Part shown: piece by piece, positions 27,550 to 35,429 of the stretch | Layout: the number at the start of each line of letters is the position of its first letter | Numbering within the stretch: position 1 is the first letter of the stretch | Origin: an uncultured Dehalococcoidia bacterium | GTDB lineage: Bacteria; Chloroflexota; Dehalococcoidia; UBA2247; RBG-13-53-26 | Reading direction: 5' to 3' | Length of the DNA: 64,000 nt | Assembly: GCA_964492335.1 (NCBI GenBank) | Contig: CAZBJX010000003.1 | Span: 26,919-90,918 of the forward strand | Position numbers and translations under genes: made by a program | The notes under the pieces: model-generated | The model's input: the letters and a program-made list of their open reading frames with translations, nothing else | Database searches by the model: none | Told to the model about the DNA's origin: nothing

Positions 27550-29847
27550 CTACACGGCCGCCGCCACCGCCAGCACCTCGTAGATGCGGACGTCGCCCTC
27601 GGCGTGGACGAACCTGTAGTAGGGGCAGGCGTCCAGCCACTCCTGCAGACCCGGCGGCATGTCGCTCCACATGGGCGAGCCCGGCCTGAAGTCGACGGCC
27701 AGGTAGTCTATGCCGTGTTCCCTGAGGAGCCGGGGGACCTCGAAGGCCGAGACCTGCTCGCTGGCGGGCGGGGGGGTGGTGGCGGAGAAGTCGAAGGACA
27801 GGGTGATGGTCGCAGTGGCGCTGACGACGTCGAAGGTCAGGGGGACGCCGTCGTCTGATGGCCGGCCGGGTGCCCGGAGGATGGCTCCTTGGCACTGCAC
27901 CAGGAGGGTGGTGGTTACCGGGACCACCCCGTCGAAGGGCGTCTTCAGCTCCTGCACCACCTCGATGCGCCCGTCCGGCAGGAAGGCCGGGGTCCGGACC
28001 GGCTCATAACAGAGAAGGAGCGGTATCTCCAGCCCGGTTACGGCCTGATGGCCGCTGTGGATGAAGCAGGTGATGACCGCTGACCCGCTGCCCTCGTCCA
28101 GCGTGGCCGTGGTGACTATGGCGGCATCGTCCAGGCGGTAGGTGGTCACCATCTGCATCCGGGAGCCGTCTCCGTCCAGGCTGAACTCCGGGCGGGGCAG
28201 CTGGTCCAGGCGGAGTGCTCCGCTCCCCTCGACCTGGACGGTGCTCCGGTGGTCGTCGAACATGAGAAGGTCCTGGTACCGGCCCCCGACGTAGGACCCG
28301 ATGACCGGGTTGCCGGGCAGGTCCGTGTACGGGTAGGAGGTGGCCAGCCTCACCCGTCCGTTGCTGAGGCCGCGGTTGCGGGACAGGACCAGCTCCGCCA
28401 CTAAGGAGCGCTGCTTCTCCATGGTGTTGGCCTCCATGTTCCTCTCGGTCACCTCGTAGGTCGCGCGGTGGCCGATGCCCTGTATCCACCACCCCAGGTT
28501 CTCCGGGTAGGCGGCCACGGTGGCCTCCCCGGGCGTGCTCTGCTTGATCCACTGCACCGCGGCCAGGCGGTCGCCGTCCAGGTAGGAGTAGTAGTCCAGC
28601 CCCTGGCGGAGCTCCATCTGCGACGCGACGGCCATGGAGGTGATGAGGGACAGCACGATGACCGCCGCGGCCAGCGCGGGGATGCGGCGGCGCAGGCCCC
28701 GCAGGGCCGCCGGCCGCCACGACCAGAGGAGCGATAGCGCGAATGCGGCGCTGGCCCAGAGGGGGACGTACAGGAAGTACTGGGCGCGGCGGTTCAGCTC
28801 GACGAACGGCGGCGGGAGCGTGAAAACGGTAAGGGCCAGCGAGAAGGCCAGCAGGGCCCCCAGCAGGATGGCCATGCCCCTGTCGTAGCGCTGCAGCCAT
28901 ACCAGGCTGCCCGCGGCCAGGGCCAGCGCCGGGACCATGAGCCACACCGACCCCGTGAGCCCGATGCCCGACGCGAACAGCAGGAAGGGGGCGGCCGACA
29001 TGCCGGCTTCGCCCCCCTGTGAAGACTGCATGTCCAGCAGGTGAAGGTAGACCGGGAGGTAAGGCAGGCTGAGGAGGACGGCCAGGACCAGGGCGGCCGT
29101 GAAGGGCCGCACGCTCCGTCGCAGCCGGTCACGGTCCAGCAGCACCAGACCGAGGACCAGGACTGCCAGGAGGGGCACGAAGAAAGCGGCCGTCAACTGG
29201 TGGAAGCCCAGCACGAGGGAGGCGCACAGGCCCGCCAGGATGACATTGTGCCTGGCGGGTGAGTCCAGTATGGAAACGAAGAAGTAAGCCGCCAGCATGG
29301 TGAAGAAGAGGCCGAACATGGTTATGTAGCCCCAGGAGAGCATCTTGGCATACGCCGGCGTGAGCACGAAGAGGACGGTGGCCGCCACGGCCATCCATGG
29401 GTGTGACATGCGGCGGACGATGAGGTAGAAGGGCAGGCCGATGGCCACCGAGACCAGCACGCCCAGCAGCCTGGCGCCGGTCAGGTCCCCGAAGACGAGG
29501 GCCAGCGCCTTCAGCGGAAGGGCGATGAGAGGGGGCCGCAGGAGCCCGGTCCCGGCAACGTCGTTTCCGAAGAACGTGTTCATGGTGCTCAGGTAGTTGG
29601 CGATATCCGGCCCCATGTCGATGTGCTGGCGCACGGCCAGGTACCTGGCAATGGCGATGGCGGCCAGCGCCGCCAGGAGGACTATCAGGGGCAGGCGGCG
29701 CCTGAGGTTGTCCGGCGGGGTGCCGGCCGGCCCGGCGGCCTGGCCGGGCCCCGGCAGCTTCAGTTCCGGCGGGGGTGACAGCGCCCCGGCGGCCCTCCGC
29801 CGGAGGCGGAGGAAGACGGGCGTATCATCGGGCATCGGAGGCTCCAT
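27550..29847 (-). CDS. GT-C fold glycosyltransferase, ArnT/PMT-like (polyprenyl-phosphate-sugar dependent), with large C-terminal extracytoplasmic domain
   Basis: 765 aa; N-terminal ~11 TM with LRPPLIALPLKALALVFGDLTGARLLGVL (cf. ArnT/GT83 KPPL.YW...lfG.ne.a.Rl). ~330-aa soluble C-terminal domain. Confidence 0.6.
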   Translation of the reverse strand: MEPPMPDDTPVFLRLRRRAAGALSPPPELKLPGPGQAAGPAGTPPDNLRRRLPLIVLLAALAAIAIARYLAVRQHIDMGPDIANYLSTMNTFFGNDVAGTGLLRPPLIALPLKALALVFGDLTGARLLGVLVSVAIGLPFYLIVRRMSHPWMAVAATVLFVLTPAYAKMLSWGYITMFGLFFTMLAAYFFVSILDSPARHNVILAGLCASLVLGFHQLTAAFFVPLLAVLVLGLVLLDRDRLRRSVRPFTAALVLAVLLSLPYLPVYLHLLDMQSSQGGEAGMSAAPFLLFASGIGLTGSVWLMVPALALAAGSLVWLQRYDRGMAILLGALLAFSLALTVFTLPPPFVELNRRAQYFLYVPLWASAAFALSLLWSWRPAALRGLRRRIPALAAAVIVLSLITSMAVASQMELRQGLDYYSYLDGDRLAAVQWIKQSTPGEATVAAYPENLGWWIQGIGHRATYEVTERNMEANTMEKQRSLVAELVLSRNRGLSNGRVRLATSYPYTDLPGNPVIGSYVGGRYQDLLMFDDHRSTVQVEGSGALRLDQLPRPEFSLDGDGSRMQMVTTYRLDDAAIVTTATLDEGSGSAVITCFIHSGHQAVTGLEIPLLLCYEPVRTPAFLPDGRIEVVQELKTPFDGVVPVTTTLLVQCQGAILRAPGRPSDDGVPLTFDVVSATATITLSFDFSATTPPPASEQVSAFEVPRLLREHGIDYLAVDFRPGSPMWSDMPPGLQEWLDACPYYRFVHAEGDVRIYEVLAVAAAV

Positions 29848-29851
29848 GCTG

Positions 29852-30973
29852 TCAGCCCAGGGCCTTACGGTAGGCCGCCTCGGCCTGATCGGCTATGCGG
29901 TCCCAGTCGTAGGCGGCGGCCAGCTCCCGGCATCCCTTCTCCCAGTCGGACCGGCCCAGGGCCTGCCGGACCCTGTCCGCCACGTCCTCCGGCGAGAGGC
30001 TGCAGACGTAGCCGTTGCGCCCGTCGGCGATCAGGTCCTGCGCCGCGTTCTGGGGGTGATTGACGGTGACCACCGGTATGCCGCAGGCGTTGGCCTCCAG
30101 CACCACGTGGCTGAACCCCTCCCGCACGGATGGCTGGACCAGGACCCGGGAGGCCTTCATATGGGAGTAGACCCCGGCGTCGCTGTCCACCGGGCCCAGG
30201 AAGCGGACGCTACCGGAGATGCCCATCTCGCGGGCCAGCAGCTCCAGCCGCTGCCTGTCCGGTCCCTGCCCGATGATGATGCAGCCCGTCTCCTGCCCCC
30301 GCTCCTTCAGGACGGCCGCAGCCTGGAGGAGCAGGGCGACGTTCTTCTCCCGGGCCAGGCGGCCGGCGAAGATGATGCCGTTGGGCTCCGGCCACACGGG
30401 GGCCGCCTCGATGGCGGCGATGTCGATGCCGCAGCCTACGGTGGCCGCCGGCCGGCAACCCAGCTTCTCCAGCCTCTTGCCGGTGTGGGGCGAGATGGCG
30501 ACAGCCCGCTGCGGCAGGCGGGCCGCCAGGCGCTCGACGGCCCTGCCCAGCGCGCCCTTCCTTCCCAGGTACTCGTACCAGTAGCCGTCCCACACCTCGT
30601 GCCAGGTGATTACCAGCCGGGAGCGCCTGGCCAGGGTGGAGAACCAGGCCGCGAAGCAGGGGAAATAGGGGAAATTGGCCACCTCCACCACGTCGAACCT
30701 CTCCTTCATCAGGGGTGGCAGCACCCTGACGGCGAAGTAGAGGGCCCCCTTGATGGAGCGGCGGCCTTCGGTGAAGAGGGGCTGCGGCGGGCAGACGCCC
30801 CGGAAGCGGACCCCTTCCCGGTGCATGACGCTGCCGCCCTCCCAGTACTTCATGCCGAAGATGGTCACCTGGTGGCCCTTCCTGACCAGGCGCCGGCCGA
30901 TCTCCCAGTTGCGCTTCTGCACTCCTCCGGCCACATAGGGGTGGACGACGTCGTATACCAGGGCCAGCTTCAC
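29852..30973 (-). CDS. glycosyltransferase family 4
   Basis: Likely GTG start at VKLALVYDVVHPYVAGGVQ (4-nt overlap with upstream GT2). GT-B fold with C-terminal EGFSHVVLEANACGIPVV motif. Confidence 0.8.
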   Translation of the reverse strand: MKLALVYDVVHPYVAGGVQKRNWEIGRRLVRKGHQVTIFGMKYWEGGSVMHREGVRFRGVCPPQPLFTEGRRSIKGALYFAVRVLPPLMKERFDVVEVANFPYFPCFAAWFSTLARRSRLVITWHEVWDGYWYEYLGRKGALGRAVERLAARLPQRAVAISPHTGKRLEKLGCRPAATVGCGIDIAAIEAAPVWPEPNGIIFAGRLAREKNVALLLQAAAVLKERGQETGCIIIGQGPDRQRLELLAREMGISGSVRFLGPVDSDAGVYSHMKASRVLVQPSVREGFSHVVLEANACGIPVVTVNHPQNAAQDLIADGRNGYVCSLSPEDVADRVRQALGRSDWEKGCRELAAAYDWDRIADQAEAAYRKALG

Positions 30974-31677
30974 CGGACCACCCTCTTCTTGGCGATGTGC
31001 AGCAGGTCGATGAGGCCCACCTTCCAGGCGTTGGACAGCTTGGTCCGGCCGACACGGGCCCGGTACTCTATAGGCACCTCCTTCCAGCGGCACCCGCTGT
31101 AGTAGCAGGCCTCTATCTTGATCTCGTGGGACAGCGGCCACGAGTCTGAGTGCAGCCTGAGCCGGGGCAGGAGGTCCTTCCGGAAGAGCCACATGCCGGA
31201 CTCGGCATCGGCCAGGTCCAGGCCGAAGAGGGCCCGGGTGGCCAGGGACAGCACCCGGTTGCCGGCCCGGTTCAGGGCCGGCATGGCGGCCCGGTCCAGG
31301 GAGGCGAAGCGGTTGGTGGTGAGGAAGTCCAGGCCCTCGCGGTCCAGGGTCTCCAGCAGCGACGGGATGGCCTCCAGGGGATAGGTGGCGTCGGCGTCCG
31401 CGGTCACGATCACGCTTCCGGCCGCGGAGGCGAAGCCCTTCTTCAGGGCGCTGCCGTAGCCGCGCACCGGCTGCGGCACCACGTCCGCCCCGGCCTGCCG
31501 GGCCAGCTGCGCGGTCCGGTCCGTCGAGCCGTTGTCCACCACCAGCACCTGCACCCCGTAGCCCAGAGCCTGTATGGCTTCCCGGGGGACGGCCCTGATG
31601 GTCTGCTCGATGCCCTGCTCCTCGTTGAGGGCGGGGATCACGATGGTCAGGAGTCTGGTGTCCGTCATCCTGTGCAT
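30970..31677 (-). CDS. glycosyltransferase family 2 (DPM1/polyprenyl-phosphate glycosyltransferase-like)
   Basis: LTIVIPALNEEQGIEQT...VVDNGSTDRT...VTADADATYP (DXD). Confidence 0.8.
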   Translation of the reverse strand: MHRMTDTRLLTIVIPALNEEQGIEQTIRAVPREAIQALGYGVQVLVVDNGSTDRTAQLARQAGADVVPQPVRGYGSALKKGFASAAGSVIVTADADATYPLEAIPSLLETLDREGLDFLTTNRFASLDRAAMPALNRAGNRVLSLATRALFGLDLADAESGMWLFRKDLLPRLRLHSDSWPLSHEIKIEACYYSGCRWKEVPIEYRARVGRTKLSNAWKVGLIDLLHIAKKRVVR

Positions 31678-31730
31678 GCGGCCGAAAGCCGGCAATGATG
31701 CCCTATCTTAGCCCGAAAGGCGCCGGCAGG

Positions 31731-31818
31731 CAACGTGTTGCGCGGGCAAGGGCCGGGCGGCGCCGTCCCTGTCAGCGGAGTGGACAACGCCAACGTGTTG
31801 CGCGGGCAAGGGCCGGGC
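31731..31818. promoter_or_regulatory. two perfect 28-bp direct repeats (60-bp period) upstream of the GT2-GT4-GT-C operon
   Basis: CAACGTGTTGCGCGGGCAAGGGCCGGGC at 31731-31758 and 31791-31818; in the 171-bp region between the GT2 start and the propeller-protein stop. Confidence 0.5.
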
Positions 31819-31848
31819 CCCGTGCGGCAGCAGCCACCGCCCGGCAGG

Positions 31849-33513
31849 TCACCCGGCGTGCTTCCCGCGGCGGGCCAGCAGTAAGGCGCCGGCGGCCGCG
31901 GCGAGGAAGGCCCCGCCGGCTGCGCCGGCGCCCACCCAGCCCCAGGGTGTGAGGCGGCTGGGGGCTGCGGCCACCTCGAAGGCCCCGGGCAGGGTGCCGC
32001 TGCCCCCCGGTGCCACAACCGTGGCGTCGCGCCACCTGAGGGCGGCCTCCGGGGCGATGAAGATGCTGGCGGTTATCCGGTTGTGGTCGTGCACCTTGAA
32101 GTCGTCCACCGTGATGCCTTCACCGAAATCCAGGGAGATGGCCTCGGCCAGGTAGCGGCCGATGGCGGTGAACCAGACCCTCTCACCTCTTCGCGCCCGG
32201 GTGAAATCCACCGACAGCAGGACCGGCGGGGCGGGCTCGACCGTGAAGGCGGAGCGCAGGGTAGCACTGCCGCCCTCCGTCTTCAGCGCTATGTCCCTCG
32301 GCCCCGGCCCGGCGGTCTGGCCGACCTCGATGGAGGCCGTCAGCAGGCTGGCGCTTTCGATGACCAGGCCTTCCACCGAGATGCCCTCCCCGAAGCTGAC
32401 CACGGAGGTGGTGTCGAGATTCGTGCCGGCAATGGCTATCGACGCCGAATCCCCCTGGGCGGCCCGGGTGGCGGATATCTGCTGGATGGCAGGCGGCCGC
32501 GACTGCAGGATGGTCCCGTCATCGCCCACGGCGAACACATCGCCCCCCGGGCTGCTCCAGACGCCGTAGAGGTCCTTTCCCGCGCTCCAGGCGCTCCAGG
32601 CGCTCCAGGCCCCGCCGTCCCAGTGGAGGTTGCCGCCGCTGCCCACCGCGTATACGTCGGATGGCGAGCGGCCCCAGACGGCGTTGAGGGACACGGGGGA
32701 GATGCCATCCGGCAGGGGCACGCCGGTCCAGCCCTGGCCATCGTAGCGGGTGATGCAGCCACCGCCCACCGCAATCACGTTTGAGGCTGAGCCTGCCCAG
32801 ACACCGGTCAGGCCGCAATCGTCGATGCCGTGCTTTGTGGTCCAGGCATCACCGTCATAGTGCCGGACGTAGCCTGCCAGCGACGGGCACGGGGACGCTG
32901 CCGCCACGGGGCACACCGGGTGCCGGTCGGTGCCGGCGGCGTAGACGTCCGTGGAGGTGGTGCCGCAGACCGATTTCAGGTCGATGCTTGTATCGCTGAC
33001 CATGGCGGCCCAGGCGGTGCCGTTGCAGTGCAGGATGCTGCCATTGTCCCCCACGGCGAAGACGTCCGAGGAAGTGGCCCCCCAAACCCCGTTCAGGGTC
33101 TCGGCTGTGCCCGATGTCATCGCGGTCCAGGCGGCGCCGTCGTAGTGCAGGATGGTCCCGCCGGTGCCGACGGCGTAAACGTTGTCCGCGGAAGTTCCCC
33201 AGACGCCATTGAGTGTTCTCGTGGTGCCCGACGCCATCCCGGTCCAGGCGGCGCCGTCGTAGTGCAGGATGGTGCCGCCTGAGCCGACGGCGAACAGGTC
33301 GGACGACGAGGTGCCCCACAGGGCCAGCAGCCGGGCTGCAGTGCCGCTGGCCATGGGCCGCCAGGCGGCCAGGCTGTCGCCGGCCCTCACGGCCGGGGGA
33401 GAGGCGGCCAGGGCCAGGCAGGCCGCCAGGACCAGGCAGGCCGCCAGGGACAGGAGCAGCGTCCCCGGGACGGGGGCCGGTCTCCGGCGCTTCATCAGGT
33501 CCAATGTCCTCAT
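31849..33513 (-). CDS. secreted 7-bladed beta-propeller repeat protein (Ycf48/BNR-like repeats) with C-terminal W-rich motif + TM anchor
   Basis: Signal peptide MRTLDLMKRRRPAPVPGTLLLSLAACLVLAACLALAA. About 7 repeats of L.GVWG.S.SDV.AVG..GTILHYDG.AWT.M.SGT. C-terminal Ig-like region then PWGWVGAGAAGGAFLAAAAGALLLARRGKHAG. Confidence 0.7.
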   Translation of the reverse strand: MRTLDLMKRRRPAPVPGTLLLSLAACLVLAACLALAASPPAVRAGDSLAAWRPMASGTAARLLALWGTSSSDLFAVGSGGTILHYDGAAWTGMASGTTRTLNGVWGTSADNVYAVGTGGTILHYDGAAWTAMTSGTAETLNGVWGATSSDVFAVGDNGSILHCNGTAWAAMVSDTSIDLKSVCGTTSTDVYAAGTDRHPVCPVAAASPCPSLAGYVRHYDGDAWTTKHGIDDCGLTGVWAGSASNVIAVGGGCITRYDGQGWTGVPLPDGISPVSLNAVWGRSPSDVYAVGSGGNLHWDGGAWSAWSAWSAGKDLYGVWSSPGGDVFAVGDDGTILQSRPPAIQQISATRAAQGDSASIAIAGTNLDTTSVVSFGEGISVEGLVIESASLLTASIEVGQTAGPGPRDIALKTEGGSATLRSAFTVEPAPPVLLSVDFTRARRGERVWFTAIGRYLAEAISLDFGEGITVDDFKVHDHNRITASIFIAPEAALRWRDATVVAPGGSGTLPGAFEVAAAPSRLTPWGWVGAGAAGGAFLAAAAGALLLARRGKHAG

Positions 33514-33533
33514 ATGGTCGGCCCCGAGGCCGG

Positions 33534-35429
33534 CTACCGCCGGCCCAGGCTGTACCCCGCGATGGCGGAGATGGAGACCAGGGCCAGCGCACCCGCCGCG
33601 CCCAGGAGGCCCCAGGCCCACCCCGGGAATGGGGAACGCCCGGCGCCGCCCCCCCTGGCGACGATGGCCCACCGACTGAAGTGGCTGGTGGAGGCCATCA
33701 GAGTCTGACCCTCCGCATCCACCGTGGTATCGGCCACTACCCACTTGCCGGCCACCGCGTCAAGGTAGCACAGGGCGAGGTTGCCCGGTTCTCCCTTCGC
33801 TGCGTCCAGGTCGCTGTCGGAGTACCTGGCCCATATGGTCACTTCCCGGTTAAGCTGGTCCGGGCCCTCGATGTCGAAGAAGGTATCCGCGGAACGGTAG
33901 CCGGACACGCCCTGGAGGGGATCATCCCCGGTCCCCTCCGCAATCACCAGGGTGAAGGCCCGGCCGGCGGCGCCGGCGGGGATGTGGAGGGTGATGGCCC
34001 CGTCGCTGGTCTGGATGATGGCGGGGTTGTCGGCGCCCACCGTGGTCCAGGCCAGCGCGTCCATGACCAGCACGCATGCTCTCTTGATCCTGGTGTCGGA
34101 CCCGGACCTGCCCGTGACCGTCAGGGTCACCGTATAGGCCCCCGTTTCCTCGTAAGTGAACGAGGGGTTCCGCTCGGTGCTGTCCGTGATGTCGTCGCCG
34201 TCAAGGTCCCATTCCCAGGTGAGAATGTCCCCCAGGGAGCGGTCCTCGAACCGGACTTCGAGCGGGGCCAGCCCCGCGGCCCGGGCAGCCGCGAAATCCG
34301 CCTTGACCCCCATGATGGTCATCAGCGGGCAGCCGTCCGAGGCCCCGTAGACCCCGGTGTACGGCAGGTGCGTGTCACCGATCCCGTCGCCGGCGGCCCT
34401 GCCGCCGGTGCCGTCGTCCAATCCGGTGTAGTCGCTCCAGTAGTTCCCCACGATGCCGGAGTACTTCTGTCCCTGGTATGCGTAGTAGATGGGCTGCGGC
34501 GACACCCAGGAGTTGGCGACCTCGTTGCCGGCCACGACGTTACCCAGGGCATTGTCCGACAGGGTGTTGAGGTACACCGCGTGGCCCCCGGTCAGCCCCG
34601 CCATGTCGATCCCGTAGCGACCGTTGTTGGAGATGGTGTTGGAGGCGATGGTGTTTCCGGGGTTGCCGGCAATGAGTATCCCGTTGCCCCGGTTATCGTT
34701 GAAGGCGTTGTTCATGATGGTGATCCGGGCGGTCATGCTCCGGAGTGCTATGCCGTGCTCGCCGTTGGAGCTGCAGGCATTGTCCATGACGCTGCTGTTG
34801 TACGTATCGATCATGCAGATCCCGGTCTGCACAGAGGAGCAGATGACATTGCGGCGGATGAGCCAGTCGTCGCAGCCCTCCACGTAGACTCCGTGCAGGT
34901 TACGGTGCTGGGGGTCCCAGCCGATGCGACAGTCCTCGATCACCGAGCCGCTGGAGTGCGTGGCCAGCACCCCCGCCCTCTGGCTGTACCCCGGCGTCAT
35001 CATCTCTGCCGGGGCGTCCGCACCGTAGATGTCCAGGTTCTTGAGGATGACCCCGTCGGCATAGGATATCTCGAATACCGGCGCCAGCGGGCTCTTGGCC
35101 CTCACCTGGGGCCTGGCGCCCGCCTGGTCGTAGCTGGTTATGGTGACGGGCTTGTCGATCAACACGTTCTCGACGTAGTCATCGGTCTCCTCGTTGTTGT
35201 CATCCGCCAGCCGTATCGTGTCCCCGGGGTCGACCCGGGAGACCGCGTGGGAGATGGTCCGCCACGGGTTGCCCTCGCTGCCCGTCCCCCTTATGTTGCT
35301 TCCCAGGTAGCTGACGTAGTAGGTATTGCCGGCTGCCCGGGCCGGGGCCGGCGCGGCGGAGATGGAGGACATGGCGGCGGCACCGGCGAGCGCCACCAGC
35401 ATCAGGAGCGCCAGGCCCTTCCTAATCAT
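33534..35429 (-). CDS. secreted right-handed parallel beta-helix (pectin-lyase fold) + PKD-domain protein with C-terminal W-rich motif + TM anchor
   Basis: Signal peptide MIRKGLALLMLVALAGAAA. NosD-like PbH1 repeats (GI.L..S....I..N.I..N...GI). PKD domain PLEVRFEDRSLGDILTWEWDLDGD...YTVTLTVTG. C-terminus FPGWAWGLLGAAGALALVSISAIAGYSLGRR. Confidence 0.7.
   Translation of the reverse strand: MIRKGLALLMLVALAGAAAMSSISAAPAPARAAGNTYYVSYLGSNIRGTGSEGNPWRTISHAVSRVDPGDTIRLADDNNEETDDYVENVLIDKPVTITSYDQAGARPQVRAKSPLAPVFEISYADGVILKNLDIYGADAPAEMMTPGYSQRAGVLATHSSGSVIEDCRIGWDPQHRNLHGVYVEGCDDWLIRRNVICSSVQTGICMIDTYNSSVMDNACSSNGEHGIALRSMTARITIMNNAFNDNRGNGILIAGNPGNTIASNTISNNGRYGIDMAGLTGGHAVYLNTLSDNALGNVVAGNEVANSWVSPQPIYYAYQGQKYSGIVGNYWSDYTGLDDGTGGRAAGDGIGDTHLPYTGVYGASDGCPLMTIMGVKADFAAARAAGLAPLEVRFEDRSLGDILTWEWDLDGDDITDSTERNPSFTYEETGAYTVTLTVTGRSGSDTRIKRACVLVMDALAWTTVGADNPAIIQTSDGAITLHIPAGAAGRAFTLVIAEGTGDDPLQGVSGYRSADTFFDIEGPDQLNREVTIWARYSDSDLDAAKGEPGNLALCYLDAVAGKWVVADTTVDAEGQTLMASTSHFSRWAIVARGGGAGRSPFPGWAWGLLGAAGALALVSISAIAGYSLGRR

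Noticed and set aside
31731-31818. Possible mini-CRISPR (28-bp repeats with 32-bp spacer)
   Set aside because: Only two repeat copies, no leader-like AT-rich region, no cas genes anywhere in the window. Location in a promoter region fits operator sites better.
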